In this document: positions 1-12,875 of the stretch, piece by piece
Numbering within the stretch: the first letter of the stretch is position 1
Layout of the letters: every line of letters begins with the position of its first letter
NCBI RefSeq assembly: GCF_032062105.1
Contig: NW_026929962.1
Coordinates: 806,001-870,000, forward strand
DNA length: 64,000 nucleotides
Reading direction: 5' to 3'
Origin: Saccostrea cucullata
Taxonomy: Eukaryota
The notes under the pieces: model-generated
The model's database searches: none
What the model was told of the DNA's origin: nothing
What the model saw: only the letters and a program-made list of their open reading frames with translations
Translations under genes and position numbers: made by a program

Positions 1-677
1 ATCGTTACCAAAACAATTCCCAAACATCAGATCATCCCTTTTCCCGCATTTGTAATGATAAAGCCTTTACTTGATGCAAAAGTTATTTGTGTTACCATAC
101 AAACGTCGCGCGAATACTGGCGGTACCGCTGGTTATTCGCACGTGAACTAATTCGGCCCTAGTGATGAAAGGGTATATAAAGAAGGCTCTTTGGACTTTT
201 TCTTCAGTCTGGGACGTTGGTCAGACTCATTAACATCTGACCAGCTCAGAAAATCCCAGCTCCCCAGAAGTGGGTAAAATCTGATGCCCCGTATTGGGTA
301 AATAAACCCAATCTGCCAAGCCCGGCAGATCCATACCCAATTGATTCACTGATGCCAATCCCCGGCAGATCCATACCCAATTGATTCATTGATGCCAATC
401 CCGGCGGATCCATACCCCAATTGATTCATTGTTTATAAATTCATCCGGGTAACCCGGTCGAGCCGGATACCTTTTTATTGTCGGGTAACCCATAATTTAT
501 TATTGCCTAATTGCCAATTCTTATTGTTATTTGTTATTCATTGTTTGCACCATAATAAATTTTATAAATTTGCAACCTGACTTTTCATTTAGAGTTAAAG
601 GGTAAAATTCAGAAACAGGAGACCCACAATAATTTATTTTCATTGTAACAAACCCTGGAACAGGCGGAAACGTTACA
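1..677 (+). mobile_element. 3' portion of an LTR (Gypsy-like solo or 3' LTR), cut by the window start
   Basis: GC-richer block with TATATAA near 174, AATAAA near 554 and a terminal GTTACA at 672-677 (TG..CA type end), followed by an abrupt return to AT-rich DNA. The 5' end and target duplication are outside the window. Confidence 0.55.
321..430 (+). repeat. About 40-bp tandem repeat, roughly 2.7 copies
   Basis: cccggcagatccatacccaattgattca(c/t)tgatgccaatc starts at 321, 361 and about 400. Confidence 0.9.
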
Positions 678-978
678 GATCAAATATGGAAGTCAAACTA
701 TATCTGTTTAAGAAGAAAGGAAAGATAGCAGAAAAGCTAAAACTTTTACAATGCAAGGCAAAAGAAGACATCGCGATTTATATGTACGTTTTGCTCCAAT
801 AACGGATTTGATGTTTATTCCCACAATTTCACAAATGCACATAGAATTTATTGATAGAAAAACTAAGTATATTATTGATACTCTATAATTAGTAAATTAA
901 GAACAAATACAGATCATGATACAAATAAGATTTTATTCAGATTCTGTAATGACAGATTTCTTACATTTAGTTAATCAG

Positions 979-1088
979 TCAACCAACAAGACTTGGATAT
1001 AGAGATCTGCAAAAAACAGAAAAAAATATTTATACATCCAAAAAACTACATGAAAAGACGAATATAATGTACCTCGTATTTATATCTA

Positions 1089-1167
<79 letters not shown>

Positions 1168-4100
1168 CCCTGACTGATAGAATATGAAAATAACGAACAC
1201 ATATTATCAGTATTATTTTCAATATTATTTTCAATATGATCTTATGAATACTCGCCTTTTTTCACAGACATATGGCCGATGTTCATCACAATCATCGTCG
1301 TCCCATTGACGGTTCGCCAGTCTTATTGACAGACAGTTTTCCCCATTCATATTGTTAGGCCTTCCATGAGCAAAATTGGTGAAATTGAATTTCAATCCGA
1401 TTGGTTCCCATACCCATGTGCCTTCTATCGTCCAATCAGATCCTCCTATCCAGAAGGAGGAGCCTGAAATCACAAAATCTTTTAACGAAAGCTTCAATCA
1501 GAATATTTTGTGAGATATTTTTGATGTTTGTTGAATTTAGCTTTGCCCTCCTGAAAAGCAATTGATTATATTAGTAAAATACTTTTTCATGAAGATGGGG
1601 GTAAATGTGTGAAATAATCTTTTTTTCCGTTTAAACAATTTTTACAAAAGAAATATAGAGTTTCTCTTCTTTTTTCTAAATAAATTACTTGAATTTTCAA
1701 ATAAAAATCCACGAACATAGCTTTCTTCAAATATTGAAAATCATTCAAAATAACTTTTGAAAACTGACACTGGGAAACGATATTGTCGTTAGCATTTTTC
1801 AAAAATAATATTGAGTGTGTAAAGAATAAGTTTTTCAGAGCTTAAGAAAAACATTAATGCATAAAACAGAAATAAAGTGCAGAATTACACTTTTTAGCAT
1901 TTAATTGAAAGAAATAAACACTTACTGTGTGATTTTTGTAGCAGAGACACTATGAATGCATTAGTGTCTCTGTCCATAATATGTGCAAGGTGTCCGCCAT
2001 GGAATTCACACATTTTCTTTTAATAACATAAGAAAAATTAATGCAATTATCACAAAGCTGTTATTTAAAATTTTAGAAAAAATTAATTTTATGGAAAAAT
2101 AAAATAGTTTATGACAACAAGTTTAGATATAAGTATTTTATTTGTCATATTCTTATTTAACTCAAGCATCTAGAGTTATGAGTACCATCTGCCTTTATTA
2201 GCACATATGTACAGGCGTAAACTGCATGACAAGAGCGATTACTAGGGTTGTGTCTGGATTAATTTGTTTCACTGCAGGTCGATTTTTCAGACACCTGCAT
2301 GGGTTTTTGATGAGTTATGTGTTAAGATAAACTTCGGACACTTGTAGCCCAGTAGCTAAAACAATTCAATAGATGGCATCCTGTGTTAGGGTTATATTAA
2401 TACCCTTGATTTCATTGTATGTTGAGATCTACCAATTCAGGTCCTCCATAAAATGACAAATTTTATAAAATATTATCAACTCAGCATTAGAATTTCTTCA
2501 ACTACAAAATCAAATCCCCACAGACGTATTTTTTCTCGAACCTCAAAATATGTAAATTCACAGTACCTGAACTACATAAATTACAACTGAATACAATATT
2601 ATTAGTTACATAGTCTTTTAGTGAAAGGGTATGGGATGATACCTGGTTAGTAAATTTCATACCTGGCGAGGCGGAGCCGAGTCAGGTATGAAATTTACTA
2701 ACCAGGTATCATCCCATACCCTGTCACTAAATGACTATGTAACGAATTTACCCCACCGATGAAACATTTACGTTTTATCTGTAGTTTATAAATGGTTTTC
2801 TCTGCTAAATGCTTCATCGCGCTTATACTGTGCCTATTATGACGTCACGTTTGTGTTTGTGACGTAATACATCGACCGGGTATAGATTTCTACTGACCGG
2901 GTATGGATTTACAACTGACCGGGTATAAGTAATCCACCGCCTTCACGTGACAGACTTCAACCAATCGTAAGCCGGGATTTCACGGAATAATCAACAGAGG
3001 TGGGGTAATATATATTACCTAGCTGTTTTCTCTAATATATACTTTTGCAAACCTGGCTTCCTATTCAAGATAATTTTTTCCTGCATAACTTTGAAAAATT
3101 ATAAAATTTTACCGTCATGCAGTATCATTCACAGTATATATTCAAATGAATGATTGCCTATTATCAAACAAACAACAAACAAGGACACACTGTCTATTTC
3201 AATTAAAGGTTTGTGGAAATAAAAAAATACATGTAGCCATTTTATAACAAGTTCAACTATTGTTTTGATATGACTATAGGCGGTCCTATTTTAAGAGAGA
3301 TGTATACTGAACACTTTGCAGCACAGCATATTCTTGGGGAAAAAAATCTATGCAGACTATAAGTAGATTTAGGGGTGCGTCATCTCCCTATTTGTTAACA
3401 ACCACAGTAGCTATCAGCAATAAGGAATAAGCGGTTAAAATCACGAACCATTGCATCCATCCAGGATTCATCTTCATTTGAGGTATGATAACAAGAGTCT
3501 CCATGAGGAATCCAACCCCCCGGGCACCCAAAACCTACAAGGTAAAAATAATTAACTCTCTTAATTAGAACAAAGAGAAGCATTCGTGTTTAAGAATTGT
3601 AGAATTTTTTTTTCTGTTTTCAGATATTTTACTGCGAGTTTGTATAGAAATGATATGGTTTCGACTGTATTTTTACACTTTATCTACTTTTCAACATGTA
3701 CACTTCATCGATACGTAAACTTAATATAATATTAAAAAGACAAACCAACTCCCTGTTTATAATTAGCATTACTCAGTGCTTTCATTTCAGTAGAGGTAAA
3801 GATAAATTAAGGACATTGCCTCTTTCAGAACTCCTCGGGATTTTTATGCCATGAATTTGCGATTTATGAACAAAATTTTTAATACACTGTAGTATGTTTT
3901 GGCAAATACCGTAAGAAGGCCTTGCTTGGGAAACTGGTTAATAATTCAGAATTAAAGTTCATAATACAAATATATACCTTCATTTATAAAACTTTGAGAA
4001 ATATTTCTTAGATATTTATGATGAATATAGTTTGTCAAAGGATTTTAGCAAAAATACTCGTAAGAGTCAAAATATTCAAAATGTAATTTCAAAGGTAAAA

Positions 4101-4863
4101 TCGGCATCCATCCATTACCAAATAATTTTGTACTCCTAAATCTACTCTGCAAGACGTCTGTAACTACTATTTTCACATAGAAAAACTGCATTCCTGAAAA
4201 TTGCTCCGAGCTTGAATCAGACTTTTGAAACGAGCATACATTTCTTTGGGAATCTACATTTTGCACATCACTTTTAAAGCAATATGAACTGCATTATTTT
4301 AAGAATTTTATTTTGCTATTAAAGTCTGTCATTATGATAAAATTGTTAGTAATTGAAACCCTTATGATTAATTAGAATAAAATAAAGATTTAAAATGTTC
4401 AAAAGATAGACCTCTTTACAATGAAATATTTAGTATTATTTAACTTAAGAAAACAATATTGTACAGGACGACAATAATGTAAGTCTACATCATTAAGAGC
4501 TTGCAAATAGTTCTTCTAATACAAATATGATCATCAGAAGTTTATAAATGTTCTTTTTTATGTTCTTGACAAAATATTGACAATACTGCAATATAAAATT
4601 TTGACATCAAGGTGCAGCTGGATTTTCATTTATAAGCTTACAAAATAATTTCACAAATTGATCCTGTATGATTCTGAAATTATCGCTTGTAATTTTTTTG
4701 CAATGCACTCGTGTCCAATTTGCATAAAGGTAAATATTAAAACACTTCTAAGTAAACGATAAATCTCCTATTGGTCTATGGGAAACATAATTATCATTTA
4801 GATAAAGATAACTGTACCTAGAGAGATTAGGCAGGTAATGTAAATGAATGATTTGCTCCACAT
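979..4863 (-). CDS. Secreted C-type lectin 1 (perlucin-like); exons 4863-4818, 3534-3449, 2016-1926, 1463-1256, 1006-979
   Basis: Spliced translation MWSKSFIYITCLISLG/FGCPGGWIPHGDSCYH..W.DAM/KMCEFHGGHLAHI../FWIGGSD..W.W..RPNN..ENC..WDDDDC..YVCEKR/SLYPSLVG*. CTLD cysteines and WIG motif are present, and exon phases match the three paralogs. The last intron is GC-AG. Confidence 0.9.
1092..1163 (+). repeat. (GA)n microsatellite in the last intron of lectin 1
   Basis: Uninterrupted GA run of about 35 units. Confidence 0.97.
2603..3010. mobile_element. Non-autonomous hairpin element (family unassigned, possibly Crypton-type) in a lectin 1 intron
   Basis: Near-perfect palindrome about 2603-2745 with roughly 65-bp arms around cgaggcggagccgag; inverted pair ttaccccacc (2747) / ggtggggtaa (3000); three gaccgggtat repeats at 2874-2926. 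Confidence 0.65.
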
Positions 4864-5129
4864 TTCCGGTGATCACTATTATATGTATACCATAAACGAT
4901 TGTGTTCTATTTATATAATACTAGTACACTGTACTTATAAAGGTTCATTGTCAAGGACAGATTAGAAATGATCATTATCGTGCCGTATTTTGTTCAATTA
5001 CACTCAGTGTGGAATTTTTTGAATAAATCTGCTACATATGACAGAAGGAAAGGTATGCTAATAACTGGTTGCGAGATGATTTGATCTTCAAATTAAACCA
5101 TATAGATGTTTTCAATCCGAAACATAAGT

Positions 5130-5910
5130 GCATGAAATAAATGGAGATAACAAACAGTATTCAAGCTCAAAAGTCCATTAATCAATACAAAAAGGAGTAG
5201 AGCAAACATGGACCTCCAAAGCATCAGAGGTGGGATCAGGTGCCATGGAGATGTGAGGATCCCCTGCAGACCGATCACACCCGCAGTGTGCTCCTTTTTC
5301 ATGATCGGAAAATAGTGAACAAGCTGTCAACAATTCAGTGTGTATATAATGGGCTTACAATTAGTATGAAAAACGTCAGTCAGCATTTTACTAAATGATA
5401 AGCTGCATTTGCTGAGAAGGTCATTGAATTGACCACAGAACTTACGAAATGATCACTTTAAACGAGACTGATCGATGATAGTCTTGTTTTAGCAACTTGT
5501 TGAGCAATAACTGAGTAAACAAATTATTTATATTAGAACATGCTCTTGCGTATCGAATTAACCCTGTATGCAGGTGATGAAGGTATATTTTAAGGGAAGT
5601 TGACAATTGAAAAGTAAAATCACCTCGTTTGTCATAACTTTTCAAGTAATATATCTAGATAGTTAAGAGATGTGTCAGACTATCTTTTATTGCAACCTCA
5701 CCTGGATATATCGTATCGACAAAAGAATGGAAATTACCATTGTTAATTGACAATACTTCGTCGATATATCTAAATGTTGAGTTAAATGCCACATCCTTAT
5801 CTTCTTTTACGTATAGGAATTTGGACAAATTCTGCTTCATATGAATATGGGAATATGTCTGCTGATAACAGGGCGCGATTGGGGATTCAAATAGATTGTT
5901 GGAAAACCTG
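5130..5910 (-). mobile_element. Penelope-like retroelement, 5'-truncated and degenerate
   Basis: Minus-strand peptides FRYIDEVLSINN..FHSFVDTIYPGE, YDKRGDF and LIRYARACS (PLE RT core and C-terminus), followed by the shared 3' sequence ..ccatggcacctgatcccacctct. Confidence 0.8.
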
Positions 5911-6774
5911 ATCTAATGTGACTTAAATATTACTTTCTGAGTACAAGTGTGTTTATGTAGCTTAGGAATATACTAGAGATATTGTAATTGACATTGAATT
6001 AGAAGTTTGGGATCATTAAAATAATCAAATCTGACATAAGAGTTCGAAAATAAATCTTAGAAAGTGTCAGAATTCCTCTAAATGAACCTTACAGACAAAT
6101 ACAATGCTGTTACTTTCTTTGTCAACCGGGTGCAATATAAATTATTGTAATAATCTTATTCTTTCCTTCCTATAGAATTATTGAAGACAGAATGATAAAT
6201 GGAAAATGGTATTCGTATTGCCTTTCAACTATATAGATATTGCCAGATTTCAACAGTCATATGATGCCTATTATTCATGCAAATTGCCATGGTCTTTTTT
6301 CATATATATTGCCCAGCGCCTGGTCTGATCTTCCACAGATTTCATAATGTGTATGAAAATTCGACCCTAATTAAAAGATTAGGGTTCGCCAATTTTTGGT
6401 CGTTTTAAAATAAGTATTTCATTATCGTTTTCATTTACTATATTTACGTCATCAGTAATTATGTGTCAATCTGGACTATTTATGGTGTAATAAAATGAAC
6501 ACAAAGGAAGAAAAGATTTTAGATTATCGATATCTAAGCATCGTAGAATTTCATTTAAAAAAAGCTTGGAAGCAATATCTGATGAAAATAAAATAATGAA
6601 ATTTAAGTTCCCAGGATCAATGGACGAGACCAAGGACGGTGCTAAGTTGTTCATAAACAAGAGTTAATTGTACAGTGTACCTTATCCTCTTCACATTTGT
6701 GCCTTTCTATTCCTGAACATTTTAGAGTCGAGCTACATGAATAAGATAATGATTTTAAGTCCTAACCAAAATGT

Positions 6775-7630
6775 AACAAGAGGTCAACAGTCTTATACAG
6801 GTTTCTTGACTATCATGCAACAACTTTCCAAAAATTTATTTTGGTTTGTGTTTTAAACCAGAGACTATGAAATTCACAATTTCGAAACAGGCATAATTGC
6901 TAATCATAACTTAACACATAGAATGCTTACTTTTATTACTTAATAAGTGGCAGATCTGAGGAAAAAAGAAAATATGCATTTCCAATATATACCAGTATTC
7001 ATAACTGACCCACCCCACAGGAAGAGGCATTATAACTCGTCATTACTATGTACATAATTTATCAGCTTACGTGTAATATCCAAAAGCAAAAGAGAAGATT
7101 TCTCAAAGAATTAATGCATTTTCACTATGTTATCCTATGATATCACCAGAACCCTTGCTCCAGGGGCCATGAAATTCACAATTTTGGAAGAGGCACCATC
7201 ATGACTATGTACATAGTTTATTAGTTTAATACCCAGGACCTGAGGAGATTTTTTAAAAGAAAGTTTTCACTATCTATTCAGCAGAACCCAGTCCTAGCAC
7301 CAGAATCCCTGACCCTGAGGCCATGGATTCTACAATTTTTGGTAGACGGTTCAATGCGTATTACAATCACGCAACAGTTTGACTGCTTGATGTCCAGGAG
7401 TAAAGAGGATTTTTGAAGATTGCATTAATTCTAGTGCTTTTGGTCCCACCCTGAGGCTCCAGGGGGCCAGGGACTGTGATATTCACAAATTTTGTTCCCC
7501 TTTGCCCATAGATGTTATCTGCAAAGATTGGTTGAATTGGATAAGTGGTTTCAGAGAAGTTGAATGTGTCCAAAACTTAACGCCCGACGGACGACAACGG
7601 ACGAAAACAAATAGCAATAGGTGACCTAAT
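6775..7630 (+). mobile_element. Helentron/Helitron-type non-autonomous element with degenerate Cg170-like satellite units
   Basis: Starts aacaagagg; repeated gaaccc..ccaggggccatgaaattcacaattttgg units; gacggacgacaacggacg microsatellite and aataggtgacc end. Confidence 0.65.
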
Positions 7631-7774
7631 AATTAAGAGGCATGAGTAACGATGTGTTTTATTCAGTGGCTGGAGCCTGAAAAATACTCAGATTGGTTTT
7701 ATTTATTGTAAAGCCGTATGCATACAGACACTCTTTGTAAAACCAAATAGAAGCGAAAAACGAAATTTTTCTTT

Positions 7775-9610
7775 TCATTTTCCAAAGATGATGCCACTGT
7801 TTTCCCTGAAATGAACGTATTGAAAAATGATTACAATTTGTATATAATATAAAAAAAATAAAATAGTGCCTCATGTTTATTCTTTTGTGCGATTAATATC
7901 TTTTTAAAATACCTTCGTTCGCAGACATAATGCCTCGTCAAGGAGAGACACTCCAAGTCGTTCCACTGATAATGATGAAGACGATCCATTAATAAGCAGT
8001 TTTGGGAATGATAATTATTTGGTTGACCTGGAGCAAAATTTGTATAATTCAACTTGTACCCATGTGGTTCCCATTGCCATGAACCTTCCACTGTCCAATC
8101 TGTCGCACCAAGCCACGTGTTATTAGCTGAAAAGAGTGCAAAATGCCGTCATTTGCTGTTATATGTCTCGAAATACGTTTCTCTTTTGTATGCTTGTGCA
8201 GATAGAGTACTGTATTTTTTTTAAATGATGATAAAAACTAACAAGTGCACTTTATAACGATTGTAATGTGTTCAATATTTCTATTGCCAGCCTCTCTTAT
8301 TTACTCGTACTGAGCAATATATTATCATCATTTAATCTTCCAATTGATTTGATACTAGTACACAATGGCATGTTCTATAAACAATCTTTAAAAACAATAC
8401 AATTGACCAACAAATTGATGATACGCGTAAATAAGCAATCTCATTTAGAAGGTTCTATACAACCACAGTTTTATTCATATTTCATTACGATACAACTTAT
8501 TATTATAAGTATTTTATATTAGGTAAATCAGGATAAAAGTGTATTAAAGTAAATAAATTTACAAACATCATTTCATTCCTAGTGCAACTTAGCTTGTAAA
8601 AATATATTAATGGGAAGATTGATTGATTGACTGTATATTGTTTAACGTCCCTCTCGAGAATTGTTCACTCATGTGGAGACGTCACCGTATGCCGGTGAAG
8701 GCCTTCAAATTTTGACCTTTACTCGGCACTCTGGGCCATTGAACAGTGAGGGATCTTTATCGAGCCAACGCCTGCCGCTGACACGGGACCTCGGTTTTTA
8801 AGGTCTCATCCGAAGGACCCGCAACTTTCACTTCAAAGTGCCGAGCGCATGGCGAAGGAACAGTTGCTACCCATTTTTTATCGACTTAGGTCAGTCGCGG
8901 CTGAGATTCGAACTCACGACCTCTCGATCACGGATTATTAATCGGAAGAAAAAACGCTGAATACTAGCCACTGGACAATTGAAATATGGAGATCCTAAAT
9001 TTCTATATACTAACCACTGGACGATTGAAGTAAGTGTGTAATGAAGACCTGTTCCTCAGCATCGTCTATATGCACTAGGTAGCTTTCGTGTATTTCACAC
9101 ATTTTCTGAAAAAAATTAACTTCTAAACAAATAAATGTGTTCTGTTGAAATTCTAAATAACATAATACTTTAAGTAATTATAGAATTGATAAATAAACTT
9201 TATTAAAATGAATAACTCGTTAAGGGAAAAAAAGGTTATCTAATAAAATGATAACATTATGTGTATTTATAACATACCATAGCATTAAACCAGTTCTGGG
9301 AATCCCTACTGACATGGTAACAAGAGTTCCTGTATATTGTCCATCCGTAAGGACAACAGGATCCTACAATGATAATAGTTATTCAGCTTAGAGATACCAC
9401 CATTTTAGAAATAAATATACAGATGTGTACATGTATAGTAACTTTTGTACATCTCAACTCCAACAGACCATACTCAGTATTCCATTGGCTAAAAACAATA
9501 AAATCTAAATTTCTATTCCTTACATATATATCAATCTTACCTTCTTTCCACAGTAATAACAGTAATAACAAAACAAGTACAACATGGTAGGGACGATTGC
9601 TTAAAATCAT
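7775..9610 (-). CDS. Secreted C-type lectin 2; exons 9610-9541, 9363-9278, 9105-9015, 8126-7913, 7805-7775
   Basis: MILSNRPYHVVLVLLLLLLLWKEG/SCCPYGW..SCYH..WFNAM/KMCEIHESYLVHI../TWLGATDW..QPNN..QNC..WNDLEC..YVCERR/ENSGIIFGK*; GT-AG introns in the same phases as the paralogs. Confidence 0.9.
8619..8935 (-). mobile_element. tRNA-derived SINE, 5'-truncated, in a lectin 2 intron
   Basis: Reverse-complement match to the SINE at 36683; (CAAT)n tail; B-box gagttcgaatc; target duplication tattaat(g/c)ggaaga at 8605-8618 and 8936-8949. Confidence 0.85.
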
Positions 9611-10004
9611 ATTGCCAACTCAGAAGATAAAACCCATTCTCTTATCATTTCTATCGTAATAAAATGAAGTTTTTATCATTCTATGTATAGATACATACTG
9701 TGACATTATGTTTAATTAATCAATATTTTAGCATCGTACTTACAGAAAAAAAAGATCATTTATCAAAGGTAATTCATTAATTTTTATCCTTATTTGGTAA
9801 GGAGCATTTAATAAACTCTACCTAGTTTGCTTTTGTGAAACCTTTTTCACTGAAAAGTATTTATTTGCAGCATAAGAATATCATATATAATCAAAACATA
9901 CTTTTATTAAGGAATATAAGAAATTGAAACAACTATTTTCCTTCCATGCATGTGCTTAAAATCATGGTAAGCTTGAAATAAAAGATGGCATAGAGTCTAA
10001 TATA

Positions 10005-10440
10005 TCTGTTCAATATCTTGATATTTTACTAGAAAAAGACGTTAAAAGTAATCTAACCACAACATTTTATGATATTTTAACGTGCAAGACTTTAACTTTG
10101 CAGTGGTCAACTTACCTAACTTCCTTTATCACCTTAATACGGGGTTTTATCTCTCAGTTGATTGATACACAAGAACATGAACAATTTTTTAAAACGATGT
10201 AAGTTATTGACGAACAAATTAATGAAACAAGGATATCAGTAGTCTCGTTTTAAGTCATCATTTCTTAAGTTGTATGGTGGATACAATGACCTTTTCAGCA
10301 AATGCAATTTGGCTTAAGTCAAATTCTCTGACTGACGTTTTACATATTAATTGCAAGGCCATTAATTTACACACTGAATTGACGTCAGATTTTTCTTTAT
10401 TTCCTGATCATGAAAAGTAGCATACTTCTGAGCTTGAATA
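10005..10440 (+). mobile_element. Penelope-like 3' fragment
   Basis: Matches the copy at 25415-26000 (tttaacttt..gtcaactt, atctctcagttgattgatac, gtctcgttttaagtcatcatt). Confidence 0.7.
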
Positions 10441-11760
10441 CTTTTCGTTTTCTTCATACATGTATATTTCATAATACAAAATGTTTTTTTTCTAATTTTG
10501 GATTATCTATTTCTCATTTTTGTGGAAAAACCTTGTTTCTGAATATACATTTTATTTACAAGTTTTACTGGATAAAATGAAAAGTTTTACGATATCTAAT
10601 GAAAGCATCGATTTCAACAATTATTACTGGTAAATTATTAGATTACGCAGTGGCTCAGCTACGTGTTTTTCATGGATGTCCCTCAAACATGACTTAACAT
10701 CCTCCACAAACTAATATACTGGTATTCGGTCATCATTCCTCATATACAGTATAAGTAGATATGAGGAAATGCACAGAAAGAACATCTCTACAAAGATACA
10801 AACCCCTAAGATTTAATTAAGCAAACCACACATACTGACCCCACGATTGTTGCGATGCTAAAATAACCATTCTACCACACTTTAATATTTTTCCTCATTC
10901 ATACATTAATTATAATGTTTGTAATGATGATAAAATTCTTTACAGAGAGAGAGAGAGAAAGAGGTGGCAAAAAATGCTTGAAACATTAAAATACTCAATT
11001 CATAGGTCGAATAGATAAACTGTTCTTTGTCCATGTCTTTAAAGATGTGGATAAAAGATATAGTTCATACAACTTCTGGTCTAGTTTCTGTTTCAATATA
11101 TAACATTTTATAGGGTCTGTAAGTCTCGTCACGTGACTCGCGAGATTCTACGATAATTTTCACTTCCGGGTACCTGACACGAGGAACTGTGTATTGAGTT
11201 GAGCATGTTTCTGGTTTATACAAAGCTTTTGAGGAAAAGTTAAGTAGTTATACAAAGCAGAAGGGTTCTCCGACTTACGATGGATGGATTGCGTGTCATA
11301 AAAGCTTGGGTGCGAGTGTCCACCAGGAAAAATTCGATCAAAGTACAGGTAAACATTCAGAGAATGTCAACTGTTTCTTGTTTATTTTGAGAGAAAATGA
11401 AGTGTTTTACTTTATACCCGAATGAAATAGATTCATAATCATCTTTCGCCTAAATTTGTTAACAGATTTTTCTCGAATTCGAGGACGATAATGTTATTAT
11501 CAGCTAATTATAGAGGAGAAGTTTTGTCAGTGTCCGATGGGTACAAACGTCATATTGTGGAGCCTGCATGCATCACTTTTGCATCGGTAAATATATTTTT
11601 TTTAAATAAAGTTTTACCTGTTGTGTGTCACTGGCGGATCACCTATTTTACATCTATTTCCCATGAGATGTTCATATAATTATATTTTGCTATTTGAAGT
11701 ATTTCGCTGCATTCAACATTTAACAAAATTCAAATCACTTCAATACAATAAACATACATG

Positions 11761-12325
11761 TGTAGAAGTTCGGGCTTTATGGACCGTGGATATCAGCCTG
11801 GATAGCTCAGCGGTTAGACACCTGACTAGTAATACACAGGTCCAGCACAATACCCCGATAAAGGTATATAGCTTGAACTCGACTTTCAGTATTTAATTTT
11901 TAAAGATTTTTTTTTGAATTTTCATTACATAAAATACCTTGATCAAGGTATTTTAAATACCTTGATAAAGCTATATAGCTTTATCAAGCTATATACCTTT
12001 ATCGGGGTATTGTTCTGGACCTGATACAGGGGTCCCGGGTTCGATTCCTGTTCCAGTCACAAGTTTTCTTCGTGCATTTCTCCTTTCCTACTACATTTGG
12101 TGCTGTGCCATGCCCTGGAACTGACAGGTGAAAGACCTGCCAGGGATGAGCCTGGATTGGGGTCTTTGGGAGCCAAAGACCTTTAAGGAGGGAGGAATAC
12201 GGCGCCGCTGTCAGCCGGGTTCGATTGCCAGTGGCCAGATAGCTCAGTTGGTAGAGCACCTGACTGGAGTTTCAGGGGGCCTGGGTTCAAATCCCGGTCT
12301 GGTCCGCTGCATTTTCTCCTGTTTA
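11761..12325 (+). mobile_element. Mini LTR retrotransposon (TRIM) with tRNA-like LTRs, Helenus-like
   Basis: LTR1 tgtag..ctaca (11761-12095) with A/B boxes; PBS-like tggtgctgtg at 12098; purine tract aaggagggaggaa at 12185-12197; second tRNA-like unit at about 12232-12305. Confidence 0.7.
11837..12023. mobile_element. MITE inserted in the tRNA-like segment of LTR1
   Basis: About 40-bp TIRs caggtccagcacaataccccgataaaggtatatagcttga and its reverse complement; 5-bp duplication ataca. Confidence 0.88.
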
Positions 12326-12694
12326 TTTATTCATCGATCTCATACAATTATATACATTAAAACTTATTTTATAGCATAAGTACAAGAGAACCAGGCAGTA
12401 ACAAAGATGAAAGATGCTGTTGCTGAAAGATCCAGTCAAGCACATAAGACTAAACTAACTTGAATGATCAGCCTCCTTAAAAATGCAAATCAAATACAGG
12501 TATGAAATTGATCAGATGCAACAGAATAAGATCTAGGACATATATATATAATTTATTTTCATAAGACATAGTATATCAAAATATTACAAAAAGGTCATGG
12601 ATGTCCAGTAATGCATTACCCTTGCCCCACCCCAGGGTATTCTTTTAGACATTTACCCATGATTAATCTATACTGTCATCTCACCTCACTATTA

Positions 12695-12875
12695 ATCGAT
12701 TGATTGTTGTTTAACTTCCCTCTCAAGAATTTTTCACTTGTATGGAGACGCACCCACTTGATGGTGGAGAGATGTAAATTTTGTCCTATACTCGGAGCCA
12801 TTGTCAATTTAAGCAGTGAGGGATATTTTTCATGCCAGTACCTGTGACATAGTTTAAACGGTCTCATATGAAGTA
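12695..12875 (-). mobile_element. SINE 3' fragment
   Basis: gattgattgttgtttaacttccctctcaagaatttttcact matches the tail of the SINEs at 8619 and 36683. Confidence 0.65.

Noticed and set aside
1046-1234. 62-aa ORF with SLSLSL
   Set aside because: Translation of the (GA)n microsatellite.
8961-8984. Duplicate of the lectin 2 exon-3 donor region
   Set aside because: Weak GC donor 46 nt away that would shift the frame; probably an inert local duplication.
12232-12305. Apparent tRNA gene
   Set aside because: 8-nt anticodon loop and location inside an LTR-like repeat; treated as TE-derived.
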